Notes under the pieces: generated by a model | The model's database searches: none | What the model saw: the letters and a program-made list of their open reading frames with translations, nothing else | Told to the model about the DNA's origin: nothing | Position numbers and translations under genes: made by a program | NCBI GenBank assembly: GCA_963820825.1 | Contig: CAWGBN010000007.1 | Coordinates: forward strand, 128,001-192,000 | Length of the DNA stretch: 64,000 nt | From: Vulcanimicrobiota bacterium | GTDB lineage: Bacteria > Vulcanimicrobiota > Vulcanimicrobiia > Vulcanimicrobiales > Vulcanimicrobiaceae | Direction of reading: 5' to 3' | Part shown: positions 1 through 10,719 of the stretch, piece after piece | Layout of the letters: every line of letters begins with the position of its first letter | How positions within the stretch are numbered: the first letter of the stretch is position 1

Positions 1-248
1 CGCCAGCACGTTTCGATTCTCGAAGAACATCTCGCCTTTGGTCGCCGGGCAGCAGGCGCAGCAGAAGCCGCCCGATCGTCGTCTTGCCCGAGCCCGACTC
101 GCCGACGAGCCCGAGCGTTTCGCCCGCTGCGATGGTGAAGTTGACGCCGTCGACGGCCCTCACGTCGGCGACGTGGCGCGACATCAGTCCGGCGTGAATC
201 GGAAAATACTTGTAAGAGATCCGTCGACTCGAACGAGCGCGCCGTCAT

Positions 249-252
<4 letters not shown>
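1..252 (-). CDS. oppF: Oligopeptide ABC transporter ATP-binding subunit (OppF-like), 5' part only, runs off the window, frameshifted
   Basis: The reverse strand reads [32 protein letters not shown] (Walker A). GTG start at 252 overlaps the upstream TGA. One indel near 210-220. Confidence 0.8.
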
Positions 253-1286
<1,034 letters not shown>

Positions 1287-1303
1287 GCTCGTTCCTAGTT
1301 CGC

Positions 1304-1706
1304 CTAGATGCCGGTCAGCGAGAGAATAAATCCGAAGACGACGAAACAGACCGCGACGATGCCGGTCCAGCGTTTGAGCTGCTCTTCGGCACCGAGGCGA
1401 CCGCGATAGGCCGACTCGACGCGACCGCCGATCGATCCGGTGAGCCCTTCCTGTTTCGTCGTTTGAATCGCGAGCAAGAAGATCAGCAGGATCGCCGCGA
1501 TGATGAAGAGTCCGGCGAAGCCGTGCGTCAGCCACGGCAGGTGCGTCGCGAACCACGTTTTCGGTTCAGGCCCGGCCGGCGGAATCGACGGGCGCAGTCG
1601 GGCCTGCGGGAAGACTCGACGGGAGCGCGCCCTGCGGCAAAGCCGTTGCCACGGCCGTTGGTACGGCCTTGGCTGCCGCCGCGGCAGCCGATAGAAGGGG
1701 GTGCAT
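1304..1706 (-). CDS. secG: Preprotein translocase subunit SecG, probably with an Ala/Pro-rich N-terminal extension (one frameshift near 1590)
   Basis: [21 protein letters not shown]...[15 protein letters not shown] is the SecG pattern. ATG at 1706 is preceded by GAGG. The start is uncertain. Confidence 0.75.
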
Positions 1707-1799
1707 TGCGGCATCCTCTCTACGACTGCGAGCTCCGCTCCGCCTGCACGAGGGCGGTGCGACGGGTGCGACCAAACTAGCACGGGTGCCCGAGTCGAG

Positions 1800-2447
1800 C
1801 TGGACGGAGGATCCGCTTCGGCAATCGTTCCTATCAAGAAACGCGGGGTCTGGCGCGAGCTCGCGCGCATCCTCTCGACGATCTTCAATCCGTTTCTCAC
1901 CGCCTTCGCGCTCTTCGTCATCCTCGCGCACATCGGCGCGAAGGACACGCTCGACTTTTGGCTGCTGCTCTTCATCTCGACCTTCTTCGTCTCGATCGGA
2001 CCGATGCTCTACGTCTTCTGGCTGTACGCAACCGATCGAATCTCCGATCTCGACATGTCGGTGCGAGCCGAGCGCGAGATGGTCTTCACCGCCTTCGTCG
2101 TCTTCGACGCGCTCGGCGCCGGAACGCTCTGGCTCGTGCACGCGCCGCGATTGATGATCGCCGCGATGCTCGGCTATCTCGCCTCGACGCTCATCGTGCA
2201 ATACATCACCCGCTACTGGAAGATCAGCACGCACGCGATCGGCATCACGGCGCCGCTGGCTGCGCTTACCTTGCTCTACGGGCGTCAGCCGCTTCCGTTC
2301 ATGGTCCTGGTCCCGATGGTCTGCTGGGCGCGCGTCTATCTCAAGGCGCACACGGTCGCCCAGGTTCTCGCCGGCATCGGGCTCGCGATTGCAACGACGG
2401 CGTTCTTCTTCTCCCTCTTTCACGTGGGATTACTCTCGGCTCATTGA
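1800..2447 (+). CDS. PAP2-like membrane protein; start uncertain
   Basis: Multiple TM segments; KISTHAIG and WARVYLKAHT resemble the PAP2 C-terminal motifs. Confidence 0.6.
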   Translation: MDGGSASAIVPIKKRGVWRELARILSTIFNPFLTAFALFVILAHIGAKDTLDFWLLLFISTFFVSIGPMLYVFWLYATDRISDLDMSVRAEREMVFTAFVVFDALGAGTLWLVHAPRLMIAAMLGYLASTLIVQYITRYWKISTHAIGITAPLAALTLLYGRQPLPFMVLVPMVCWARVYLKAHTVAQVLAGIGLAIATTAFFFSLFHVGLLSAH

Positions 2448-2459
2448 GAAGGGACGCGG

Positions 2460-3365
2460 ATGAGTACGAACGTTGTTTCAGCCAACGGTCCGCTGACCTA
2501 TGCGGACGGAAATCCGCACGATCGCGTCCAGTTCTTCGACGCAAAGCTCATCCTCAAGCCCGACTTCTTCTTTAGCGTACGCGGTTTCAAGTCGTTCAGC
2601 GACTTGGTCGCCGAAGCGGCCGGGAAGGTCAAGGGCGTCTCGTACCGGCCCCTCGATCTGACCAAGCTTCGGCCGCGCATCCGCGAGGTGATGTTCCTCG
2701 ACACGGCCGACTTCCGGCTCTACAACAACTCCTTCATCCTGCGCCGGCGCACCGCGTACCAAGACGGATTTCCGGTCGAGGATCCCGAGGTCGTCTTCAA
2801 GTTTCGCAATCCCGACATGGCCCTCGCTGCGTCGGTAGACGTGCGGCCGAAGATCGCCGGTCCGTACCGCGTGAAGTTCAAATCGGAGGCGCTGCCGCTC
2901 AGAGATCAAATCGGCGGTTTTCGCCTGCTCTACTCGCACAACTGCATCTTTCCGGTGAGCTCGGTGCACGAGCCCGATCGTACCAGCCTGCAGACGATCG
3001 CGAGGGTCATCCCCGCGGTCTCCGGTTTGATCGGATCGGATGAGGGAAGAGTCGAGCTCGTCAACTCGACGCTGGTCGAAGAGGTGTTGATGGACCTCGG
3101 AACGCTCGATTTCGGCAAGGGACTCTCGACGAAGTGCAACATCTCGCTCTGGCGATCGCTCGGCGACCACAAAGTGATGTGCGGCGAGTTCGCCTATCAA
3201 GCCAAGTTCGATCGCCGCGAAGACGTCACCGACATCACCCGGCAACGCGTCGAAGAGTATTACATCAAGTTGCAGCTCGCTGCGACCGGTTGGCTCTACC
3301 TCGGCACGACGAAGACCGGACTCGTCTATCGGCTCAAGGGCAACCCGCCGCAGAGCCATGAATAA
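2460..3365 (+). CDS. Hypothetical CYTH/triphosphate-tunnel-like protein
   Basis: FLDTADFRLYNNSFILRRR followed by KFR matches the CYTH pattern DTxDxxLxxxxxxLRxR. The N-terminal ExExK motif is degenerate. Confidence 0.55.
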   Translation: MSTNVVSANGPLTYADGNPHDRVQFFDAKLILKPDFFFSVRGFKSFSDLVAEAAGKVKGVSYRPLDLTKLRPRIREVMFLDTADFRLYNNSFILRRRTAYQDGFPVEDPEVVFKFRNPDMALAASVDVRPKIAGPYRVKFKSEALPLRDQIGGFRLLYSHNCIFPVSSVHEPDRTSLQTIARVIPAVSGLIGSDEGRVELVNSTLVEEVLMDLGTLDFGKGLSTKCNISLWRSLGDHKVMCGEFAYQAKFDRREDVTDITRQRVEEYYIKLQLAATGWLYLGTTKTGLVYRLKGNPPQSHE

Positions 3366-3945
3366 GAAAGCCTCACTCCCCGAGATCTTCCGGACCTTTC
3401 TGGCAATCGGCGCGATCAGTTTCGGCGGAGGCGTCGTCGCCTATCTGCGCGACTCGCTCGTGCGGCAAAAGAAGTGGTTCGACGACGTCGAGTTTCTCGA
3501 GATCACGTCGATCAGCAATACGCTGCCGGGACTCAACGCCACGAACGTCGCGATCCTGGCCGGCGACCGTCTCGGCGGAGTCTTGGGCGCGACGGTTGCG
3601 CTCGTCGGAGTGTGCCTGCCGGCCTTTGTCTTTATGACGGCGGCGGGCGTAATCTACTCGCAGCATGCCGCGCGTCCGCTCGCCAATGCGGCGCTGCGCG
3701 GCGTCGCCGCAGCGGCGACGGGTCTGCTCGCCGCAACCTGGTTTCAAATCGGCAAAAAATCGTTGCGCGGCGTCTACGATGCCGTCTTCGTCGTCGCCTC
3801 GATTCTCGGGATCACCTACTTCAAAGTCGGGGTACCTCTGACGCTGCTCGCCGTCGGCGCGGCAGCAATCATCGCCTACCGCCCGCACGTACCGCGCGAG
3901 AAGCCCGCGCAGGAGAATGAAGAATGGATCAGATCCCTGCATTAA
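3358..3945 (+). CDS. Short-chain chromate transporter (CHR family), subunit 1
   Basis: FLAIGAISFGGG, SNTLPGLNATN; hydrophobic. Confidence 0.88.
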   Translation: MNKKASLPEIFRTFLAIGAISFGGGVVAYLRDSLVRQKKWFDDVEFLEITSISNTLPGLNATNVAILAGDRLGGVLGATVALVGVCLPAFVFMTAAGVIYSQHAARPLANAALRGVAAAATGLLAATWFQIGKKSLRGVYDAVFVVASILGITYFKVGVPLTLLAVGAAAIIAYRPHVPREKPAQENEEWIRSLH

Positions 3946-4445
3946 TTCGCGTCTTCGCCTATCTCTCGTTTCTCACGATCGGCGGCGGGATGGCGGCATT
4001 CCCCGAGATGAAGGTGCAGATCGTCGAGATCCATCATTGGCTCACGAGCGATGAGCTCGTGCACGTCTACAGCACCGGTCAGATGTCGCCCGGGCCGAAC
4101 ATGATGATGGTCGCGGAGGTCGGGCAGCTCGTCGCCGGCTTCGTCGGCGCTCTCGTCGCCGCGCTTGCCTTCTTCCTACCGACCGGCGTGCTGACGTTCG
4201 GTGTCGGACGCCTTTGGAACAAACTGGCGAACTGGCCGTGGAGAACGTCGATTCAAAAAGGCTTGGCGCCGGTCGCGATCGGTTTGGCCGTCGGCGGCCT
4301 CATCATCTTCGGTAAGGGTGCGATCACCAACTGGGTCACCGTCTTGCTCGCGCTCGCGACGTTCGTCGCGGTAAACCGAACGAAGGTCAATCCGGCGCTC
4401 TTCATTCTCGCCTCGGCCGTCGTAGGCGTCTTCGCGCTAAAATAA
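3924..4445 (+). CDS. Short-chain chromate transporter (CHR family), subunit 2
   Basis: LSFLTIGGG, GQMSPGPN, AFFLPT; paired with the upstream CHR gene. Confidence 0.88.
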   Translation: MDQIPALIRVFAYLSFLTIGGGMAAFPEMKVQIVEIHHWLTSDELVHVYSTGQMSPGPNMMMVAEVGQLVAGFVGALVAALAFFLPTGVLTFGVGRLWNKLANWPWRTSIQKGLAPVAIGLAVGGLIIFGKGAITNWVTVLLALATFVAVNRTKVNPALFILASAVVGVFALK

Positions 4446-4811
4446 TCGGCGCCGAACGCCGGCGACCCGAAGCCCGATCCAAACGCCGGCGAGTCCGATC
4501 GCCGTTGAGAGCAGCGCGGACTCGATGGCCATTACGATCAACGCGCGCATCGTCCAGCCCGGCACGTATCCCGGACCGATCAGCGAAGCGACGTACCAGC
4601 CCAGCGTTGCTTCGACCGCCGCAGCGACGGCTACGACCGCGATGCCGCCCCAGCGTTTCACCCGCCCGGCATAGATTCCCATGAAGAAGATCAACACGAG
4701 CGCGAGCACGACGAACGAATCGTAAGAGATCGTGACCGAGCGCGCGATCAGCGCGGCGAGCGCGTCGTACGCGATTAGAACGATCGAAAAAATCAGCGCG
4801 AGACGGAGCAC
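4437..4811 (-). CDS. Small 4-TM membrane protein
   Basis: Hydrophobic C-terminal part of ORF 4437..5333. GTG at 4811 overlaps the end of murI. Confidence 0.6.
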   Translation of the reverse strand: MLRLALIFSIVLIAYDALAALIARSVTISYDSFVVLALVLIFFMGIYAGRVKRWGGIAVVAVAAAVEATLGWYVASLIGPGYVPGWTMRALIVMAIESALLSTAIGLAGVWIGLRVAGVRRRLF

Positions 4812-5548
4812 GCCGCGGTTCCGGTGATGCGAGCGATTCCGGCCTGGAATGCCGCTTCGTCGCCGCTCGTGACGTAGGTCGTCGAACCTGTTCCCCGCGC
4901 GCGGTCGCCGAGAAGCTCCTGGGCCCGCTGGGCCTGCATCACCGCCGGGTCGATCAGCGAAACTTCGTCTCCGAGTACGGCGCGGAAGTGCTCTGCGAGT
5001 ACCGGATAGTGCGTGCACCCGTAGACGAGCGCGTCGAGGTCGAGCGGTAAGTGCGTGCAGACGTCGGCGACGGCCTCGCGCGCGCGCTCGTCTTCGACGA
5101 CGCCGGCTTCGACCAGCGGAACGAGCGCCGGCGCGGGCACCTCGACGACGTCGATTCCCGCAATGCGCGCGCGCAGCGTCCGCCCGTACGAGCCGGCGCC
5201 GACCGTCGCCGCGGTCGCCACCACGCCGACGCGGCGAAAGCCGCCCTGCTCGACCGCCATCGCCGCCGATTCGATCAAATCGAGAACCGGTGCGCGCGAA
5301 GCCGGCCAGCCATAGCGTTCGGCGATCGCGCACGACGTGTTGCAGGCCATCACGATCGCGTCGACTCCGTACTCGTCGAAGCGCGCGAGATTCGCGCGCA
5401 GCAATCGGAGCAGATCGCCGTGCGTACGATCTCCGTACGGTACGTGCGCCTGATCGGCGAAGAAAATTAAATCGGCGAGCGGCAACCGCTCGCGCAGGCG
5501 CGTGAGCACGGTCAACCCGCCCAGACCCGAGTCGAAGAGTCCGATCAC
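4793..5548 (-). CDS. murI: Glutamate racemase
   Basis: IGLFDSGLGG, PYG, ACNTS and GCTHYP, with both catalytic cysteines. Confidence 0.95.
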   Translation of the reverse strand: MIGLFDSGLGGLTVLTRLRERLPLADLIFFADQAHVPYGDRTHGDLLRLLRANLARFDEYGVDAIVMACNTSCAIAERYGWPASRAPVLDLIESAAMAVEQGGFRRVGVVATAATVGAGSYGRTLRARIAGIDVVEVPAPALVPLVEAGVVEDERAREAVADVCTHLPLDLDALVYGCTHYPVLAEHFRAVLGDEVSLIDPAVMQAQRAQELLGDRARGTGSTTYVTSGDEAAFQAGIARITGTAACSVSR

Positions 5549-7467
5549 TGCGCGGGCTGGTTCGGCACCGGATACTGGCGCGAGTACTGACCGATGCCGT
5601 CGGCGATCTCTTGCGCTACCTTCTGCCGCCAGGCCGGCGATGCAAGCAGGGCATAGTCGCTCGGATTGGTCAGAAACGCGGTCTCGACCAAGACGGCCGG
5701 CATCCGCGTGTGATAGGTCACGTAGAGATGGCTCTTGATCACGCCGTCGTCCTTGGTTCCATCCGCGGCCAGATGAGTCTCGACGATATGCGCGAATGCG
5801 ACGTCCGAGGGTTTGGAGATGTAGGTGGTCGTTCCGTAGGGCCCGGAGTTGATGAACGCGTTGGCGTGAATCGAGACGAAGAGCCGCGCGCCGGCGCTGT
5901 TGGCGACGTCGACGCGCGCCTGAAGCTCGTCGCGAGCGCTATCGTTGGGAGCGTAGACGTCCACGTCGGTCTCGCGCGTCAGCTTTACCTGCCAGCCGCG
6001 CGCGATCAGAATCTGGCGCAACCGTTTCGCCATATCCAGCGTGAGGTCGGCCTCCTTGAGACCGCCGTGCTGACTTCCCGAATCGCTGCCGCCGTGTCCC
6101 GGATCGATGACGATCAGCCGCGGATTGGTCGGCACGTAGCTGCTCTTCGGTCCGAACTTCCACGCACTATCGTCGGTACTGCCGCCGTTATCGCTCGAAT
6201 CGGTGTCGATCGGTGCGGGCGTCACCGCCGGCGGATTCTGTTCGCTTGCGGAGATCAAACTTCCGAGGCTCCCGCCGCCTGACCGGGGTACGTCCGCGAC
6301 GTCCTCGGCACCGACTTGCAGAACCAAGCCGCTCGTGGACGGCGAGACCGCGATCGGTTTGGAGCCTTCGAGCGTCAGCGCAATTCGTACGGTTGCGGAG
6401 TCGGTTTGACGAACGCGAATCGAGACGACCGGACTCGTCGCGCTCTCTTCGACCGGCGGTCCGGCGAGCTGGGCGTTCTTGATGTCCACCCAGAAGCGAT
6501 TGTCGGGATCGCGCAGCCGATGCCATTCGTAGAGGGCGCTTCCGGTTACCGCGACGGTCACCGTGACGCCGTCGTCGCTCGGCTGTGAAGTCACCGCGGT
6601 GACGGTCGCCTCGCCTGCAGCGCCGGGTGCGTTCGCCGAAGCAGTATCGGACGGCGGTGGAGGCTCCGGCGTCGGCGACTCCTCCGCCACTACTTGCGCG
6701 GGTGCACTGCCGCCTACGAACGTGAGCACGACGTCGCGATCGCCGTTATTCTGCGGCATCTGGACGGCGGTACCCGGCTCGAGACGTACGGTCACCAGCG
6801 TCGTCGGGTTGTCGACGCTTCCGGTGACCGAAATTTGGAGCGACCGTACGCCTCCGCTGCCGATGCGCCGCGTTCCGGTCAGCGCCGTACCGACGTCGTC
6901 GAACGCATAGGTGACCGCATCGCCGCTCTGCTTGACGATCCGCACGTGAAGCGGCGCGCCGCCGTGCGCCGAGAGCGTTACGCGCCCGCCGTCTTCGCGA
7001 ACGTCGAGTGCGCCGAGCTGCGGCTGCAGCACCTTGACGGCTCCATCTTGGCGCACGGCTAAGTCGAGCGCGCCGAGCAATTCGTTGAAGGGAAGATAGA
7101 CTTCTTTCCCGCGCTCGAATGGGGCGAAGCTTGCCTGCAGCGCGATCGGCCCGACGTCGTACCGGCGATCGCCTAACGCGAAGCTGACGACGGTCGGAAC
7201 CGACGTCGTTATCAGCACGTAACGTTCGCCCGGCTTCCACGTCAGCCACGCACCGGCACTGCGCAGCAAGGCTGCAAATCCGGGATCCGCGATCCCAATG
7301 GCCGCCCCACCCGAAGTTTGAGCGACGTGGGTGAAGCGAATCGTCTGCCCCTGATAGAGCGCGATCACCGGCGCATCGGCACGCGCGGGAGCTGCCGCTC
7401 CTGCGAGCGCTGCGAAGAGCGCCGCAGACGCGGCGCTAGAAATCCGAACGATGAAGCGGTTGATCAA
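5545..7467 (-). CDS. N-acetylmuramoyl-L-alanine amidase (Amidase_3) with AMIN-like domains
   Basis: Signal peptide; IDPGHGGSD, EADLTL, FVSIHAN, VLVETAFLTN. Confidence 0.92.
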   Translation of the reverse strand: MINRFIVRISSAASAALFAALAGAAAPARADAPVIALYQGQTIRFTHVAQTSGGAAIGIADPGFAALLRSAGAWLTWKPGERYVLITTSVPTVVSFALGDRRYDVGPIALQASFAPFERGKEVYLPFNELLGALDLAVRQDGAVKVLQPQLGALDVREDGGRVTLSAHGGAPLHVRIVKQSGDAVTYAFDDVGTALTGTRRIGSGGVRSLQISVTGSVDNPTTLVTVRLEPGTAVQMPQNNGDRDVVLTFVGGSAPAQVVAEESPTPEPPPPSDTASANAPGAAGEATVTAVTSQPSDDGVTVTVAVTGSALYEWHRLRDPDNRFWVDIKNAQLAGPPVEESATSPVVSIRVRQTDSATVRIALTLEGSKPIAVSPSTSGLVLQVGAEDVADVPRSGGGSLGSLISASEQNPPAVTPAPIDTDSSDNGGSTDDSAWKFGPKSSYVPTNPRLIVIDPGHGGSDSGSQHGGLKEADLTLDMAKRLRQILIARGWQVKLTRETDVDVYAPNDSARDELQARVDVANSAGARLFVSIHANAFINSGPYGTTTYISKPSDVAFAHIVETHLAADGTKDDGVIKSHLYVTYHTRMPAVLVETAFLTNPSDYALLASPAWRQKVAQEIADGIGQYSRQYPVPNQPAQ

Positions 7468-7969
7468 GCTCGAGATGTCCCCCGGGCAGGGTCTCTAGCC
7501 GCGCGCCGTCGACCGTAACCTGCACCGCGTCGATGCCTCGGATTCCGGTCACGGTGTAAACGAGGCCTTTGAACTCTCCGTTCTCGCCGAACGTTCCACC
7601 GGGTTGCTGCTCGACGTCCTTTGAGAGATCGATCGTTGCCGTCGAGCCGTTCACGGCGGTGCCCAAAATGCGCGTGCCGGGTGGAAAACGGATCGCCGAA
7701 ATGCCGTTAGGAGGGCCGGCAACGGCCTGAACTGCAGCGTAGAGCACCGCGTTGTGCAGATGCTCCGTCGCGCTCTCGCCGGGCAGCCGCGGCCGAAGCG
7801 AGACGCGTACGTCGCCGAGCGAGTTTCCATCGAGCTTCGTGTAGTAGACGGCAATCGATTCGCCGTTGCTCGCGGTACGGTGCGACTGATAGTACCAGGA
7901 GGCGGCGGCAACGACGGCGAGCAGCACGATGAGGGCGGGCAGACGCGTCGATCTCACAGCGGAATTCAC
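7436..7969 (-). CDS. GerMN domain protein
   Basis: N-terminal TM; FPPGTRILG...ATIDLS...LVYTVT...VQVTVDG; classic GerMN-amidase-murI context. Confidence 0.85.
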   Translation of the reverse strand: MNSAVRSTRLPALIVLLAVVAAASWYYQSHRTASNGESIAVYYTKLDGNSLGDVRVSLRPRLPGESATEHLHNAVLYAAVQAVAGPPNGISAIRFPPGTRILGTAVNGSTATIDLSKDVEQQPGGTFGENGEFKGLVYTVTGIRGIDAVQVTVDGARLETLPGGHLELDQPLHRSDF

Positions 7970-8031
7970 GCTTCGCGAAGGTCGGCCGAAAGACCCCCGT
8001 CGAAGCCGCGGACGATGAGCGCCACATCACG

Positions 8032-8400
8032 ATGAAGTGGCTGAGAAAGACCATCCGGCGCGAGCAGCGCGCGCTCGAACGCGCTCGCGAGCGCTTCATC
8101 GCCGATCCGAGCGAGAAGCGCCTCCACGAGGTTCGCACGACGGGACGGCGCTTTCGCTCGCTGCTCGAAGACGTCGCGAGCATCACCAAATCGGAGCCTC
8201 TACGCCGCCGCGTCAAACGCGCCGCCGTTTCGACCGATGCGGCTCGCGATGCGACGATCGTTCTGCAGCTTCTCGAGAGCAGCGTCGATGCACGTGAAGC
8301 CGAGCTGGCCCGTCCGCTCCTCGAACGCCTGCGCGAGCAAAAGCGGCTCGCGACGCGGCGGGCCAGCAAAGAGCTCGGACGCATGCACTTTGCGCCCTAG
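8032..8400 (+). CDS. CHAD-domain protein, half 1
   Basis: LHEVRTTGRRFRSLL and ARD motif; helical and Arg-rich. Confidence 0.7.
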   Translation: MKWLRKTIRREQRALERARERFIADPSEKRLHEVRTTGRRFRSLLEDVASITKSEPLRRRVKRAAVSTDAARDATIVLQLLESSVDAREAELARPLLERLREQKRLATRRASKELGRMHFAP

Positions 8401-8409
8401 CTGCCGCCG

Positions 8410-8820
8410 ATGAAGGCCGAACGTATCGCGCTCGACGGCGTCGAGGACGAGCGCGGCCTCTGCGAACGGATCGTGCGGACGCGCTTGCGGGAAGCGCGCG
8501 GGTTAGCGAGCGGGCTCGAGCGGCGCGACAAACAGAGCCTTCACGATTTTCGAATTGCCTGCAAGCGGTTGCGCTATGCTTTCGAACGCTTTCAAGCGCT
8601 CGATCCATCGTTCGAAGCGATCGCGCAGCGGCTTGCACGACTGCAGGATGCGCTCGGTGACGCGCACGATCGCGACGTGCTTCTCTCGATCCTTCCGCCG
8701 GCGATGGCATCGACCGAGCGCCGGCTTCAAACCGATCGAGAAGCCTGCGCCGACCGCGCGGCAGCATGCTGGAAGGAACTCGAGCAATTGTTGCAAGCGG
8801 TCGACTCTCATCCGATCTGA
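8410..8820 (+). CDS. CHAD-domain protein, half 2
   Basis: LHDFRIACKRLRY and LQDALGDAHDRDV CHAD motifs. Confidence 0.8.
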   Translation: MKAERIALDGVEDERGLCERIVRTRLREARGLASGLERRDKQSLHDFRIACKRLRYAFERFQALDPSFEAIAQRLARLQDALGDAHDRDVLLSILPPAMASTERRLQTDREACADRAAACWKELEQLLQAVDSHPI

Positions 8821-8877
8821 ATCATGCTTTAATCGCCTTCCCGCGAGCCGCGCGCCGCATGGTGGTAATAAGGAAGC

Positions 8878-9204
8878 ATGATGAACTTACGAAACCTTCT
8901 TCTTGCATGTGCGCTCGGCGGAGCAGTCGCCGGCGCTGCTCTTCCTGCGGCCGCACAGGTCTACGGAGGAATCTACGTTCAAACCGCGCCTCCGGCGCCG
9001 ATCTACGAAACGGCCCCCGCCGCGCCGGGGCCCGGCTACTATTGGGTTTCGGGATACTGGTCCTGGAACGGATATCGCTACGTCTGGGTGCGCGGCCGTT
9101 ACCAATACCCGCCGTACGCCGGTGAGACGTGGCATCCCGGACACTGGGCGCATCGTGACCGCGGTTGGGTCTGGGTGGGCGGTCACTGGGGACGCCCCTA
9201 CTAA
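8878..9204 (+). CDS. Secreted YXWGXW-repeat protein
   Basis: Signal peptide; PGPGYYWVSGYWSW, WHPGHW, WVGGHW; AAGGA RBS. Confidence 0.9.
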   Translation: MMNLRNLLLACALGGAVAGAALPAAAQVYGGIYVQTAPPAPIYETAPAAPGPGYYWVSGYWSWNGYRYVWVRGRYQYPPYAGETWHPGHWAHRDRGWVWVGGHWGRPY

Positions 9205-9229
9205 ACGACTCGACGGCTAAGACGCACGC

Positions 9230-9258
9230 GATCGCCCACCGCTCCCCGGTGGGCGATC
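9230..9258. terminator. Perfect 12-bp hairpin downstream of the YXWGXW gene
   Basis: GATCGCCCACCG-ctccc-CGGTGGGCGATC; no U-tract. Confidence 0.5.
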
Positions 9259-9286
9259 TCCATCTCGGCGTTGAACCCGCGCAGGC

Positions 9287-10678
9287 ATGCAGCTTCGGCG
9301 CACGCTGGGTTTAGCCGATGTCATACTCTTTTTCGTCGTTGCAGCTTCGAATCTGCAGTGGGTTGCGACGGCCGCCGCCGCGGGAGCGAGTGCGATCCCG
9401 GTCTGGATTCTTGGCGGCTTGACGATGTTCGCGCCGCTCTCGATCTGCGTCGTATTCCTCGCTTCGCGTCATCCCGAGGAAGGCGGACTCTACGTTTGGA
9501 GTAAGCGCGCCTTCGGACCATTTGCGGGATTCATGACCGGCTGGACCTACTGGGCGAGTCTGATGCCCTATTTTCCGGCGCTGCTCTACTTCGCCGCCGG
9601 CAACGCGCTCTTCATCCGCGGGACGAACGGCGGCGCACTCTCCGCATCGCCGGTCTACTACGTCGTCGTTGCGCTTGCCGGATTGGCGCTCGCCACGATC
9701 GTCAACGTCTACGGATTGCAGGTCGGAAAATGGTTGAACAATGCGGGCGCCGTCTCGCGATGGATCGTCACCCTGCTGCTGGTCGCACTCGGCACGATTG
9801 CGTGGTGGAAGTTCGGCCCGGCGACTTCGATCACCGCAGCGACGATGCGTCCGGGACTTGCGATCAAAGACGTCATTTTTTGGTCGGTGATCGCGTTCGC
9901 GTGGACCGGTCCGGAGGCAATGCCCTTCATGGGCGACGAGATCAAGAATCCGCGGCGAACGATTCCGCTCGGACTCGCCTTGGCCGCACCGGCGATCGCG
10001 ATCATCTACATCGCCGGAACGGTCGCCGTGCTGGCGGCGATCGCCCCGCACGACGTTACCCCGTCGTCGGGCATCATGGAGGCGATTGGTAGGGTCGCGG
10101 GACGAATGCATTGGGAGATCATCACGCCGATCGCGGCGTTCCTGGTTTCGTTGAGCTGCATCGGCAGCGCCGGTGCGTGGCTCGGAGCCGGCGCACGCCT
10201 GCCGTTCGTCGCCGGCATCGATCACTTTCTCCCCAGCGCCTTCGGCCGGATTCACCCGCGATGGGGTTCACCGGTCACCGCGTTGATTACCGTGGCCGCC
10301 GTAGCGGCTGTTTTCATCTTCCTCGGCCAAGCGGGCACGAGCGTTCGCGGCGCGTACGACGTGCTCGTCAGCTCGACCGTGGTCATCACGCTCGTACCAT
10401 TCGTCTTCTTGTTCGCCTCGGCAATCAAGCTGCGCGTCGAGCGGTGGTCGCCCGACATGGTGCGAATTCCCGGTGGTAACTGGACCGTCACGATCTCCGC
10501 GCTGATCGGACTGGCAACCACGCTCTCGGCAATCGTCTTTGCCGGTTTTCCGGCGGACGACGATCCCAATAAGGTGCTCGCCGTCGTCAAGGTCGTCGGG
10601 CTTACGGCAGCGATGGTCCTCATCGGCATCGGCATATATCTCGCCGGACGCAGGAAGGGACCGGCGACGTTGGGGTAA
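9287..10678 (+). CDS. APC-family amino acid/polyamine permease
   Basis: About 12 TM segments; PEEGGLYVW, EIKNPRRTIP, ARLPF...LPSAFGRIHPRWGSP. Confidence 0.9.
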   Translation: MQLRRTLGLADVILFFVVAASNLQWVATAAAAGASAIPVWILGGLTMFAPLSICVVFLASRHPEEGGLYVWSKRAFGPFAGFMTGWTYWASLMPYFPALLYFAAGNALFIRGTNGGALSASPVYYVVVALAGLALATIVNVYGLQVGKWLNNAGAVSRWIVTLLLVALGTIAWWKFGPATSITAATMRPGLAIKDVIFWSVIAFAWTGPEAMPFMGDEIKNPRRTIPLGLALAAPAIAIIYIAGTVAVLAAIAPHDVTPSSGIMEAIGRVAGRMHWEIITPIAAFLVSLSCIGSAGAWLGAGARLPFVAGIDHFLPSAFGRIHPRWGSPVTALITVAAVAAVFIFLGQAGTSVRGAYDVLVSSTVVITLVPFVFLFASAIKLRVERWSPDMVRIPGGNWTVTISALIGLATTLSAIVFAGFPADDDPNKVLAVVKVVGLTAAMVLIGIGIYLAGRRKGPATLG

Positions 10679-10719
10679 AGGCTCGCTAAACCAACTGGAA
10701 ACCAAAAGGGAGCGTCACC

